A stretch of DNA of 64,000 nucleotides from the NCBI RefSeq assembly GCF_009834535.1, contig NC_045696.1, positions 42,534,001 to 42,598,000 on the forward strand, read 5' to 3'. The position numbers and the translations under genes are program-made. The DNA is from Camelus ferus. Its lineage: Eukaryota. The notes beneath the pieces were generated by a model that was given only the letters and a program-made list of their open reading frames with translations, had not been told where the DNA came from and made no database searches. Below, piece by piece: positions 39,755-53,351 of the stretch (the first letter of the stretch is position 1; each line of letters opens with the position of its first letter).

Positions 39755-42700
39755 TTGGCACCTTTGCTGAATCAGTTGATTTATATGTGTGGGTCTATTT
39801 TTGGACCCTGTATTCTTTTCCATTGATCTATATGCTTACCTTTATGTTGGTACCAATTATATATATATAATACCTTTATGTTAGTATTACCTAATACCAC
39901 CCTGTTGATTACTGTAGCTTTAGAGTAAGTCCAGTAAGTCATCCGACTTTGTTGTTTTTCAAAATTTTTTTCTATCCTAAGTCTATTGCCAGATGTTTAT
40001 TAGTGATCTGTAGAATACAATTGATTTTTTATATTGACCTTTTATACTTCAAGCTTTCTGAATTTGTTTATTAATGCAGTATTTTTCAGATTTTTTAAAA
40101 AAGAATTTTCTATGTAGATAATTATGATGTCTATAAATAGAAACTTTTTTACTTCTTGATTTTCAGTATGTACACTTTTTTTTCTTGCCTTATTACATTG
40201 CTAGGGCCTCTAATACAATAAAACTGAAGTTCTTGCCTTTGTTCCTAATCTAAAGGGAAAACATTTAGTCTTTCACCGGTAAGTATGAGGCATTTTTTTA
40301 GAAGATGCTCTTTGTTAGGAAAGAAAAAGTAAAAAGAGAAAATTAGAGTTTGTTTTATTTTAGGTTTTGAGGTTTACTAACACTGGGTTTTAGATTTTGT
40401 CAGATACTTCTGTAATTTTTGAAATGATCATATGACATAACCTTTATTCTGCAAAGGTGGTAAATTACATGATTGAGTTTTTAATGTGAAAATAACCTTT
40501 CACTCCTTATCTCTATCCTCTATTATCTTTGCATTATCCTTATAATATCCTTGTTTATTCTTTATATAAATTGCTGAATTTGATTTTCTGACATTTTTGA
40601 GGATTTTGTTGTCTGTGTCATGAAGGATATTGGGAGCTGTTGTTTCTCCTTGTCTTTCTCAGACTTTGGTATCAAGATTATACTCATTTTGTAAAATGAG
40701 TTGGGAATTTTTTTTCTCTGCCTCTCCTTTAAACAAAAAATTTTGTAAATTAGTATTACATTTTCCTTAAATGTTTGATAAAATTCACCAGTGAAACCTA
40801 CTCAATCTGAAGTTTTCTTTTGGGGAAGATTTATTTTATTACAAATTCAAATTTTAAGTAATTAAAAAAAAAAGAATTAGAGGGTTATTCAGCATCACAG
40901 TTTCTTCTGGTAAATTGTATTTTTCAAGTAATTTTCTATTTAATCTAAGTTATAAAATTTATTATTGTAAAAATTTTCATAATATTCTCTTACTTGTTTA
41001 ATGCCTCTGATACCTAAAGTAGCATACTTGTTTTTATTCTTTATTATATAAACTTTTTAAATTGAGTTACAGTTTTTATTCTTGATAGTAGTACTTTTTT
41101 CTCTTATTTCCTAATGATGTAGAGTTTATTAATTTTATTGCTTTGTTAAGAATCTTTTAGTTTTTAAATTTCCTATATTTTTATTTTATACTTATTTGAG
41201 TTCTGTTCTTATCTTTACACTTTTTCTTTCATTTAATTTGATTTCAACTTGCTTATTTTTGTAGCTTAATGTGAAATATTAGATCATTTAAAATCTTTCA
41301 TTTCTAATAGACATTAAAAACTATAAAATTCCTTCTAAATGCTGCTTTAGTTGATATATTGTGTTTTCATTATTCCTCATTTTGAAATTTTATCTAATTT
41401 CCCTTGTGATTTCTGCTGTGATTTATGGGTTATTTAGAAGTGTATTAATTAAGTTCTGATAATTTGGGGGTAGTTTTCTATATATTTCATTGTTTTGATT
41501 AGGTATCTCATTTTAATAACTAGAGAACATATTCTATGACTTAGATATTTGAAATGTTTTGAAACTTATTTTATTGTCCATATTTGGACTGTCTTGATGA
41601 ATGTTCCGTAAGCACTCTATATCCTAGAGATAATTGGCTGTGGTGTCCTATAAATGTCAATTGGGACAGGTTCAGAAATCCATGTATTCACTGACTGAAT
41701 TTGGTTTTTTCTTTCTATCCATTACTGAGAGGATGTATTAAAATTTCCAGCTATTTGTAGATGTGTTTACTTCTCCCTTTAGTTTTTTTTTTTTTTTTCT
41801 ATTTTTGCTTTATTTGCTTGGACATTCTTTTACTAAATCTATACATTTTTAAGATTTCAGTCTTCCTTATAAATTGTCTTATTTTCATTATCAAATATCC
41901 TTCTTTATGTCTTGTAATACTCTTTGACTGTTATTGAGGTAGTCATTCCAGTTTCCTTGAACTTAGTGTTTTCATAATATACTTTTCCCCCTCATCCATT
42001 AAATTTTAGTCTGTATGTCTTTTTATATAAAATGCTTTGTTTGGAGCCTGTATTCAGTTGGGTCTTGCTCTTTATCCAGACTGATATTCTGCCTCTTAAT
42101 TGGGGTATTCAGTTAATTTATATTTAATGTAATAATTATTAATGTGGTTACATTTATGTCTAGTATTTTGCTATTTCATTTTTGAAAATATGTTTCAGGT
42201 GTACAGTATTATAATTCAGTGTCTTTATGCACTAAAAAGTGATCACCACCACAAGTCTACCGTCCATCATCATAGTTGACATGCTTCATCAATTTTACCC
42301 AACTCCCAGCCCCCTTTTCCTCTGGTAACCACTAGGTTCTCTGTATCTATGAATTTGTTTTTGTTTTATTTCGTTTGTTCATTTGTTTTATTTTTTTTTT
42401 AGGTTATATAAGTGAAACCATACAGTATTTGTTTTTCTCTGACTTAATTCACTTAGCCTAATACCTTCAAGATCCATCCATGTTGTAGCAAATGGCAATA
42501 TTTCATTCTTTTTTATGATTAAGAAATATTCCATTGTTTTTATATATATTTGTTTATACATATATACCACACACATCACAGCTTCTTTATTCATGTGCAT
42601 TCAATGGATGCTCAGGTTTTTTCCATATCTTGGCTATTGTAAAAAAATGTTGCACTGAACATAGGGGTGCATATATTTTTTTCAAATTAGTGTTTTTGTG

Positions 42701-45350
42701 TGCTTTGCATAAAAACCCAGAAGTGGAATAGCTGGGTCATATGATAGTTTTAGTCTTAAGTTTTTGAGGAATTTCCATACTGTTTTTTATAGTGATTGCA
42801 TAAATTTATAGTCTCAGCAATAGTGTACGAGGGTTCCCTTTTCTCCAAAACCTCTCCAACATTTGTTATTTTGTGTATTTTAGAGAATAGTCATTCTAAC
42901 AACTGTGAGGTAATATCTCATTGTGGTTGTGATTTGTGATATTGAGCATCTTTTCACGTGCCTGTTGGCCATCTGTATGTCTTCTTTGGAAAACTATTCA
43001 TATGCTCCGCCCATTTACTTGGGTTTTTTGTTGTTATTGAGTTGTGTGGATTCTTTATCTACTTTGTGAATTAATTCCTTATTGGATAAATGTTTTGTAA
43101 ATATCTTCTCCCATTTAGTAGGATACCTTTTTCATTTTGCTATTTATTCTTCATTTGTTTCCTTTTACCTTTTTAGGTCTTTATTCGTTTCCTACCTTCT
43201 TTGAGACTAATTCAGTATTTTTAGTACTAAATTTCTTTTTTACTTATTTCTATTCTTTTCCTAAGATTTATTTATTTATTTGTTTAGTTGTTGTTGTTGT
43301 TCTAGGCCTAAAAAATATGCAGCCTAACTTACTGAAGTCTGTGTAACGTTAATATTGCATGACTTCCACTTCCTACTTTTCACTTCACATCTGACACTTC
43401 CTTCCATTTCCTTCTTGATACATTTAATAAACTTACAACAATTTAATTTCATTTACTCACATCTTCATTTTTATACTATCATTTTCACATTGTTTTCTTC
43501 AACAAATGTCATAAAAGTAGTAGTTTATTTTACCTCTTTATTTACCGTTTTCAGTGTTTTTATATCTTCCAATAGAGATGAGTTTCCATCTTGCATTATG
43601 TTCCCTCATTCTGAACATCTTTGTTTTTACATTTCTTTTAGTGAAGTCTTACTGTTAAAGAATTCTGTCAGATTTAATTTATTTGAACATGCCTTTATTT
43701 TATTCTTGTTTTTGAAGGGTATTTTCACTCGATACAGAATTCTGGGTTGACAGATTTTTTCTTTTAGCATTTAAAAAAATGTTCTTGTGTTATCTTCTGC
43801 TTTCCATTATTTCTCTTGAAAAATCAGCTATAATTGATATAATTGTTAGCTCTCAGTTGATTGTTTTCTCCTTGTATGTAATGGGTCTCTTTTCTCTGAC
43901 TATTATTCAAGAATTTCTCCTTATATTTTCTTTTTAGTAGTTTGAGTATGATGTAATAGATGTTTTCTTTGTATTTAGCCTGTTCAAGGTTTGTTGAGTT
44001 TGAGTACATAAATCAGTGTTTTTCATCAAAACTTGGAAAAATTGGACCATTATTTCCTCAAATACTTCTATGTTACATTCAGCATCTCTTCTACTTATAG
44101 AACTCAAGTTACATACATGTTAAGACCATTTTTCTATCATCCAGGTCACTATTGCTCTCTTCAGTTTTCTTCAGTCTTCTTGCTATTCTTCAGATTGGAT
44201 AATTTCTGTTGACCAATCATCAAATTTGCTGAGTCCTTCTCTCATCTGTTGATAAGCCCTTTCAGTAATTTTCTTTTTTATTTCATTACTTTTAAGTTAC
44301 AGAATCTCCATTTGATTCTTTTTTTATTTTAACTTTTCCTTTTCTGCTAAAGACCCCTTTTAGTTTACTTATTAATACCATATTTTCCTTTAATCTTTGC
44401 ATATATTTTTCTTTAGTTCTTAGAATGTATTTACAATAGTCTGTTTAACATCTTTGTTTACACTATATTGTTTACACTAAATGTACACTACATTTTGGAT
44501 AATACATTGTAGAGAATATGGATTCTGTTATCTTCTAAGTGTCTTAATTTTGTTCTAGTAAGAAATTCAGTTGTTCATTAAACACCTTGATTTGTGTAAG
44601 CATGATTTTTGCTTGGTTAATGCAGATCTGACAGAACCATGAAGTATTTCCCAAGACACCACAACATTCCAGCATTCAAATTCCTCCAAATTACATATTT
44701 CTTGATGTTGGTTGTCAGGGCCTGGTTCTTCATTTTTTTGGGCAGGTCTAGAGCAGTCTGTACCCAACTTTGTAATGTCTCAACTGGATTGCCAGGATAC
44801 CCCTTCTGTTTTATTACCTATGGATCTGTATCTCTGTCTGAATAAGACTGAAGCTTCCAGCAGTATTCAACATCTAATGTTGAGCTCAACCCTATGCCAC
44901 CTGTTTTCTGGTAAGTCTGATAAAGTCTCACCTTGCACATAGGCAGCCCAGCCTTTAATAAAGGGCTAGCCCGAACCCTCATACAGACACTTCTGCCCAT
45001 CCCCTCCATTGTTTCTTCCTGTTTGATGCCCTGGCCTTCAGAATTCAGCTGCTCCAACTCCCCTAAATCCTATTATCTCCCTCCTTAACTCAGTAGGACC
45101 TCCGTATTCTCTCTGAATTCCAGCTCACTGTGCCAAGGTCAGAAAATTGTCTCCAGGATGAAAACTGGGGTGATTTTGGGACTCATCTCATGGGATTCCT
45201 CTTCCCTCAAGGTCTGCAGTATTGCACTGCCTGTCATCCAGTGCCTAAAAATAGGGGTCTCATACATCTTGTCCAGCTTTATAATTATTCATGTCAGAAG
45301 GGATTGATTTAGTATTAATCAATCCAGATAACTCATTGTATCTAGATACA
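39755..45350 (-). mobile_element. Ancient L1M-type element (ORF2 5' part, ORF1, 5' region), interrupted at 42177-43133
   Basis: Very T-rich; antisense L1 motifs such as ttgattactgtagctttagagtaag, aaattcaccagtgaaacc, acagaattctgggttgacag, cttcagattggataatttc. Confidence 0.85.
42177..43133 (-). mobile_element. 5'-truncated L1 (about 960 bp) nested in the older L1
   Basis: Encodes ..TMEYFLIIKKNEILPFATTWMDLEGIRLSELSQ (ORF2 C-terminus); 12-bp TSD attttgctattt at 42165-42176 and 43134-43145. Confidence 0.9.
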
Positions 45351-48300
45351 AAAGTCCCCTCTATTTATAAGATTTTTAAAAAGATTATAATATTCTTGCA
45401 CAAGTCTTCAAGGATATATTCAAAAATCCTGTTTTACTTGCTCTATAAACTGTGTTTATCTCAGATATAAGTGAGAGAGGGAGGAAATTAATCATTTGGT
45501 TAACGATCTGACTTTAATTTCTAGCATCTGTATATTTCTCATGGTTTGTTGATTCAGTGCCATTTCTGGTGTTGACCACTACATTTCGCTGTTTTCCTTT
45601 GACTTAGTTTAACTTGGGTCTGTCAGTTACCACAAGAAGAGTCCTAACTAATTCTGACAAAAAAGAGTCTAGGGAAATGAAGATTAATTCAAGCGAATTT
45701 ATTCAACATGGATGGGGCAACCTAAATTTTGCTAGTTAGATGGATTTTTTTTAAAGGAATTTAGGCCTTGGTACCTGCTGTTTTGCTTACAATAAAAAGA
45801 TTAAGTAAATGTATCTCTTTTATTCCTCCACATTCTTTCCCACACCTGCTAAAGGGGAAATATTTTGGCTTTGTTTACTTTGGGTTTCTCAGATTTTAGC
45901 TAATCAACGAAATAGGAATGAAAAGTATCATTAAGTGTGCTTGTTCACCATCTGATTTCATTGGATATTTCATATCTTGTACACTGTGGTCTAGGGCTTT
46001 GCTTGATTTAAATCTTTAAATACTCCACATATTTTAAATGCTTATCCTAAAAGTGATTCCACTCATAATCTTAGGCAAACTATCTATGTCTCAACTCTTT
46101 AAAGATTACCAATTTTATCACTACTTATGGAACAGAAAGTTAAGGTGGTTAATGACTGCCGAACACATCTCTATTTGTAGAACAAAGAACTTGCTATTTC
46201 CTCTTCAGGAATTGATGGTGGTTAATTACATTACCTATCTTCACGCAGAATAATTAGGACCTGGTATAGAAGCTGCCATATAAACTATTTGATTGCTTGC
46301 ACAGAGTTTCAAAAGGAATTATGTTTGTTAGCATGAGAAAGGCATAGCATATTCAAATTGAATACTTATTAATTAGCTATGTTTAAATAAAAACTTACAC
46401 AAGTTTAAGGCATGAATGTAATGTTCCCTTCTTTTTAAATTTTTATTTATACTATTTATATGAACAGGCTATGGTAATGAGATGAGGGGATGCCTTAAAC
46501 AAGTCAGAACCAAATTTTATACCTTGGCTAGGGGAAGGAAAACACTAGAGCTTTTAAAATAAGACTTACAATGAATGTTTATGGAACTAGATTCAGGAGA
46601 GGCTGGTAAGTAACTGCCTTTAACTCACCAAAGGGAAATAAGTAATTTTATCCATCAAGGTGAAAAACTAGCAGATCCAAATGTACATTCAAATCATTTA
46701 TCACTCATGAATTTAATCAGAAAATTAGTATGTATTGAAGATTCTGGCATCTAATTTATGCCTTAGTCTGGTGGGTATGTAGGGAATTGGAGACTCTGTC
46801 AGGTTGAAAACAAGTATGGTTTCTGTTGAGGGCTGGGGTTACACAAGGTGTACAGCTGATCCACCTACATTTCCCAGTGCTGTGTCCTTACCCTGTAAGC
46901 CATTTTTATCCCTTCCTATTTTTTCTGATGTTATTGAATATGAGAACAAAAGCATCTGTCTGAAAAAATACATTTCGGAAAAGGCTACATAAGGCAAGTT
47001 CATCCAAGCATACTATGTTATTTGCTCCCAAGGCATTCTTTTCCACTTTGTTTTGATTATCTGTCTTAGCTTGCTGTTAGCATCAGTTTTAGATTTTTGG
47101 TTGTCTTGTGCAAACCTTGGTGTGTGTCTGCATGTGTGTGGAAGGTGTAGAGGAGAGTCAAATCAAAGAGAAGCATGGTTACAAGATGAGAGATTACTTT
47201 TTATGGAGGCGGTTCACAGGGCCAAATCCTGGGGTAGTTCCACAGTTGCCAGCACCCTCTCCAACAGTCACGTCTACTGGAAGCTAGATGTTCTTCCTGA
47301 GAATGCTCTGTCCCACATGCACACAGCTCTACACCCTCCCAGCACTCACCACAGTGTCTGGTGCCTGGACCCCATCAGTCCTTACCTGACAGTGAGGATC
47401 TGCACAGTGTGAATCAGAACTAGTCAGATTCTTCACCTCTAGCCTGTCTCCCTTGTCAGCATTTTGCTTCCATAGTTTCCTATGATAAGCCTCGGAGGTT
47501 TACCCAGGAGTTGGGGCTTTGAGGATTGCTGCTTTTTAGGGGCACTGGAACTTTGACTGAGTTTTTTGGGGGTGGTAGTGTTCCTATGAATGACTACTGG
47601 ATAGAGTTCCACCCTTATCAGGAATTGGAAGAAATGGATGAATCATTCATTCATTGGTTCAGTGAGCACTGGCTCTGAGCTCAAATGGCTAGACAGTGAC
47701 TTTTGCCAGAAAGAAGGGGTGGATGACAGGCCTAGGCCAATAATTTAAACTTAAAAGGAAAATGTCATGGCAAAGATGGAAACGAGAGAAAATGCTCCCG
47801 GGGTTTAAACCACACTGTGAGGTCTGGATCGTATTACTGGTGCTCTTCAGAAAGGGGCCTCTGATATCTTTGTGCTTCTTTACCATGAATCAGTTATGCA
47901 AGCTGTCTTGTTAGTAAAATGTATTTATCCGTGTTTCTTCTTTTGTTTTCCTTCTTCTCTGCCTTCCAGCAATCAAGCCACGGCCACTCTTCTTTGGTTA
48001 TGTTCATGTTGTTTATATGAGCGTTACCTACAAGACCAGAACATGCTTGAATTTTCCATACCATGTGAGGCCAGGTAGAGCCATTCTCCCTGTGCTCTGC
48101 CATCCTTTCCTCAAGGTAGTTTTGATCATACTTCAGTTAAATGCTTGTTTCTCGTTGAAGCATCTGTTATTTATAATCGTGCTACAGCACTTCTGAGCTT
48201 TTCGTATGTGCCTGGCCCTAGGCATTGACAGGGGATGTATCAGTGAAGAGGACGCAGGGACTGTTCACCCCTTTTCTGACCACTTACGCATGGCTGGTGT

Positions 48301-51300
48301 GCTTCCCTCCAAGTAAAGTCAGCCTATCCCAGGCATTCCCAAAGGACCATTCTTTCCTTCATTCTGTCTTCATACTCCTGCAAGTTCTTACCATCCTGGC
48401 TCGCCAAAGCCCTGATTCTTTGCCTGGCTTTCCATATCCATGGCTGACACCCCAACTTTGCCAACATTTCCTTCCTTCCTCTTTTGCCTTACCGGTCTTG
48501 CTCTGCAAACTCCTTTGATTGTGGCATTACTGGTAACTTCTAGTTAAAGTAATGCATAGCAGTCTTCCTTACAGAAGAGAGAAGATGAGCAGTCACTATC
48601 TGGAGCTCAGAAGAAAGAAAAGGAATTATTATGTGTTAGACAGTGAGAAGTACCTCATTTATATTATTTATTTTAGTATAGTACCAGAAATATATGAAAT
48701 ATATGATGCCAAGTGAAAGAAGTATACGTAGAATAAAGGGATAACATAACAGAGGGAGATACTCTATCTGGGTCTTGAGGGTGTGGCTAGATGCTCTTTA
48801 TACATGAGGGGAGTGTTGTCTTGGTGACCATGAAGATGGTGCTGGCCAGCTACTGGGTAGACACAGCATGTCTACTTATCTCCTGGCCTCTCCTGTTGTC
48901 CTCCAGTGCATCCTACACGTGGCCGCCGGAGAGAATAAACCTCAGTGACTTCCCATTACATTAGGATGCTCAAATTCTTTCAGGGGCGGACAAGGATGTT
49001 GATCTGGCCAGTCCTTCCAAATTCAGCTCTGCCCATGGCCGCTCTTTTACTCACTTCACTCCAACCACGTTGGCCTCCTGGGTTCTCAGAAAGGAAAGGA
49101 ACTTCCCGGCCTGGGAGACTTTTCACATGCCTCTGTCCCACAGACGCTCCCCCACCCTCCCTGAAGGAATGGGCACGCTGTTGGAGTAGAGCTTGTGCGT
49201 CAGGCTGATTACCAGACTGGAGGCATTTCCAACCAGTCTGTTCATCATACACAAGAAATTCTTATCTGACAACCCGTCCTGGTAAGAAATTTCATTTCCT
49301 AAACCCTTAAACTGAGATCCTCTGTTTCCCTCAGAAATACTAGCAAGTGACAAAGTTGAGTTTACTTAGGAAGTGGGTTTGCTTATGGTTGAGGATATCA
49401 GTTTGAGTTTTTAGCTTATCTTTGACAATTTAGACCTGGAAGTTTCCTTGCTCACATTAGCAGTGTTGTGCATGTAACTGGTTGTGGACTTTGAATTTGT
49501 GATCTCTGGTTCCTATTGCTATATTTTGTGTAATTGTTAGCTGTCATTGAATCAACAAACAATGAGCTAATCACATTTACTGTAACTGAAATTAGTACCA
49601 GGCTACCACCTGTCTCATTTCCCTAGATAACCTGGATTTTAGAGATTATTTTACTGTGGGGAAACTCTTAAGCTGTCCAGGAGGAATTGGTTTAGTTGGG
49701 ACTGTTTTTCATATGTTGTGTACTTTTTTTTTTAGCTACTTTTGCTTGAAAATCCCAGTGGATGTAATTTGGTAAATGTACTTCTTGGGATGGAGGTTGG
49801 AAAGTAATGGGATGATTAACAATGCAGGTGCTTTTTTTACTCTTCATTGGAAGACATCCACTTTGTATGTAGTTTTCTGAATAATTTCAATCATTTAAAA
49901 ACTGTCAGATAGCTTTATACAAATGTTACATCTAATGCTCCTCTCTCTGATTTCAGTTTTTTTTTTCCCCCCAAAATGGAGCTTTTTTGGTAACTCCAGC
50001 TTTGCACTATGAAATCATGATTCTCAGAATCATAAAATATAAAGTTGTGAAGGAATCTTAGAAATTATCAAGTCAAATATTTCCTAAATTTAGCTTGTTA
50101 AAAAAAATCACACATGCCAAATCCACTGAATTAGACTCTGGGGATGGACCAGGGCCAGATATTTATTTCACTTCTCAAGGTGATTTTGATACAAACAGTG
50201 AAAATCATTGACTATTCTCCAGAGACAGATCTCAGTTCTAGAGAAACTCAGCAACCTAGCCAAGGTCACAAAGCTGGTTTGGATTAGTAAGAACTAAAAT
50301 TTGGACACCTGGGTCAGTGGGAGTGTTCTCTCTAAGACATCAACAAATTAGACAAGTTAAAATATAAATTTTCTCTCATTGTGAATGTAGTAGATGCTAA
50401 CGACTGCTACACTTCGGCTAGTTTTAAGTTATGTGAATTTCACCTAATAAAAACAATATAAAAGTATTAGTTTTATTCAATCTATATGGAAGCAAGTGAA
50501 TTCATTTTCTAAATCTCACCTAGAATGGGAACATATGTTATGTCTGGTTGGTGTTATAGCCGACAGGGAAACTGTTGATACGGATCATTCAAACTACTGA
50601 ATCAGTTTTCTGGTCTGTAAGATGGGGGATGGGGATAACATCTTTGTTGTTGAGTTAATGTCACGCTTTGAAAGAGGATATATGTGGCTGGTACAAATAG
50701 GTAGTCACTGCTAGTTTTGCTTCAGGATGTATAGCACGTTGTATGCTTTTTTCCTCTCCTCATCTTGCCTACCATAGTGTCTTCCACATAGTAGGTGACT
50801 AACGATTTACTGATTGACTCACTGATTGATGTACACACATAGAAATCAGCCCAGCCTTTTATTGGATAGAAAGAAATTTCCTTGAAACCTCCATTTGAGG
50901 GAGAGTTCAGCAAATTCCATTTACTCCATATGTGAATGTTCTGCTTTCCTGAGTCTGATTAGGTTACAAGTTGTAAAGGCAGGGCTTGTTTTGGGGTAAT
51001 TACAGCATTAAATGCACCCAGAAGGCTATTATACACTGGCCATATCCAATGCATATAATAAATAATTAATTGGGCAAATAAATAAATAAAAATTACAGCT
51101 CATAAAAGCTCTCATTAACTTGCCTAGGACTAGTCTGGCTCTTGCAATTAATTTTAAACTCTCTTGTTTCTCCTTTATTAAGTAAGCTGAAATGAAATAG
51201 AAATGATATAATTGTTTTTGCTTTCTCATTTGGAGAAATACGCAGGCGGGCTCAGATCTCTCAGAGCACAGAAAATGAGCCTAGACCATCCCCATCAATA

Positions 51301-51354
51301 CACAAATAACCTGAAGTTCTGAACAAAGATGGAATCACCCTTATCCCAGTGAAT

Positions 51355-51384
51355 GTATATATACGCACACACATACATATATGT

Positions 51385-51430
<46 letters not shown>
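51355..51430. repeat. (TA)/(CA)n microsatellite
   Basis: Directly visible. Confidence 0.95.
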
Positions 51431-52676
51431 TCCAATGCAGAAGATAAGGTTGCCACATGTTTACAAAAAAAAAAAAAAAAAAGATTTGTCATTACCAAAT
51501 CATTTCAGGGAAATAATTGGAATTTATCCCCTTTTTGTAGCCACTGTTTTGTGAAGCTTCTTTGACAGAAAGCCCATGTGCTCTGTTTTAGTGGAGAAAT
51601 ACGCACATGGGCGGACTCGATATAGATTCATGTCTTAGTGATGACGTGTATCCTCCATCCCCAAATTCCTGGTGGTAACCGTCAGAGGATGGAAAAAAGA
51701 ACCCAGAAGTGAAGTTTGCCAGTATGTCTTCCAGGAAAAGTACTGAGTGAATGATTTCGTCTGTTCTGTGAAGACCAACTGATGTAATATTCAGGAAACT
51801 GAACATGATGTGGTATTGTTTTATGGACTTTCGTAGCTCTTAAGGGAGCGTGGTGGTGGAAATGAACAGTGTTGGAGAGAGACCACTCCTCAGCACTGGT
51901 TTTACAGACTCTCCTACAGGATGTTACAGGGACTCAGGCGGAGGACACATTCTATCACAAGTCTAATTCTGTAGATAGGGCACTAATTATCTATGCAGGA
52001 ACACCTCTTTCCAGCTCATTGTTCTGGGCTCCTAAGAGCTTCAAATGTAATTTAATAATTACTTTTCTAATCCAAAAATCAGCAGATGAATGTCCCACAT
52101 AGTTCATCTGAAGGGATCTTAACATGATTAAAATGAATCACCCAGGCTCATTCAGATGCCTTGAATGGGCAATGCAGCACAGTGCAAGGAGAACCAGTCT
52201 AGAAGCCAGGATAGCTGACCAAGGCTGGAATCTCCCCCAGCAAGCTGTATGTGATGTTTAACTCTCTCTGTCAGCTTGACTGGGCCACAGAGTGCCCAGA
52301 CATTTAGGCCCAACGTTACTATTTTGGGTTGTTGGCATGGATCTTTCTGGAAGAGATTAGCATTTGAATGGGTAGACTGGGTCAAGGAGATTGTCCTCCC
52401 TAGTGTGGGTGGGCCCCATCCAATCACTTGAAGGCCTGAAGAGAACGAAAAGCTGGCCATACCTCAACTAGAAGGAGAATTCCTCCTCCAGCCTGAACAG
52501 GAGCTAGGGCACGGTTTTTTCCTTACCTTCAGACTTCAGTGGAAACAATGGCTCTTCCTAGGTCTCGAGCCTGCCAGCATTCCGACTGGAAATAGAAACA
52601 TTTGCTCTTCTGGGTCTCCAGCTGACTGCAGATCTTGGGACCTCTCAGTCTCCATGATCATGTAAGCCAAGTTCTT

Positions 52677-53030
52677 TTTTTTTTTTTTTTCAATTGAAGT
52701 ATAGTCAGTTTACAATGTTGTGTCAATTTCTGGTGTACAGCATAATGTTTCAGTTATACATGAACATACATATATTCATTTCATGTTCTTTTTCACTATT
52801 AGGTACTACAAGATATTGAATATAGTTCCCTGTGCTGTATGGTATAAACTTACTGTTTATCCGATTTGGTGAGGACTTTCTTTGTAATTACAAAAGTAAG
52901 AGATACTCTACCAAAGTTCAGTAGGTGTTTTGTGTGAATTGTTCCATATGTAGATGTAGTTTTTTTTTGTATTCATGGGAGAGGGTGAGCACCGTGTCCT
53001 TCTACTCCACCATCCTGGTAGTCCTCCCCC
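52677..53030 (-). mobile_element. Mini-L1: about 170 nt of L1 5' UTR fused to about 170 nt of L1 3' end plus poly(A)
   Basis: Poly(T) to 52690; 3' end resembles 27945-28110; 52861-53015 resembles 32540-32686; TSD AAGTTCTT at 52669-52676 and 53032-53039. Confidence 0.9.
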
Positions 53031-53107
53031 TAAGTTCTTATAATAAATATTCCCCCATGTATGTATGTATATATGTATGCATATATATGTATACACACAC
53101 ACATATG

Positions 53108-53145
<38 letters not shown>

Positions 53146-53147
<2 letters not shown>

Positions 53148-53351
53148 GTTGACCCTTGAACAACTAAGGTTTAAACTGCTCGGGTGTACTTATACATGGA
53201 TTTTTTTTTTTTCAATAAATACGTATTACAGTACTGCATGAGCTGCAGTTGGTTGAATGCACAGAAGTGGAAGTGTGATGCAGGGAAGGCTGACTGTAAG
53301 AATTTCTGACTTTGTGGCAGGTCGGTATCCCTAACCTCCACTTTGTCAACT
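53146..53351. mobile_element. Tigger2/MER8-like MITE
   Basis: ta-CAGTTGACCCTTGAACAAC start and degraded ...cctaacctcca..GTCAACT end (terminal inverted repeat). Confidence 0.8.
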
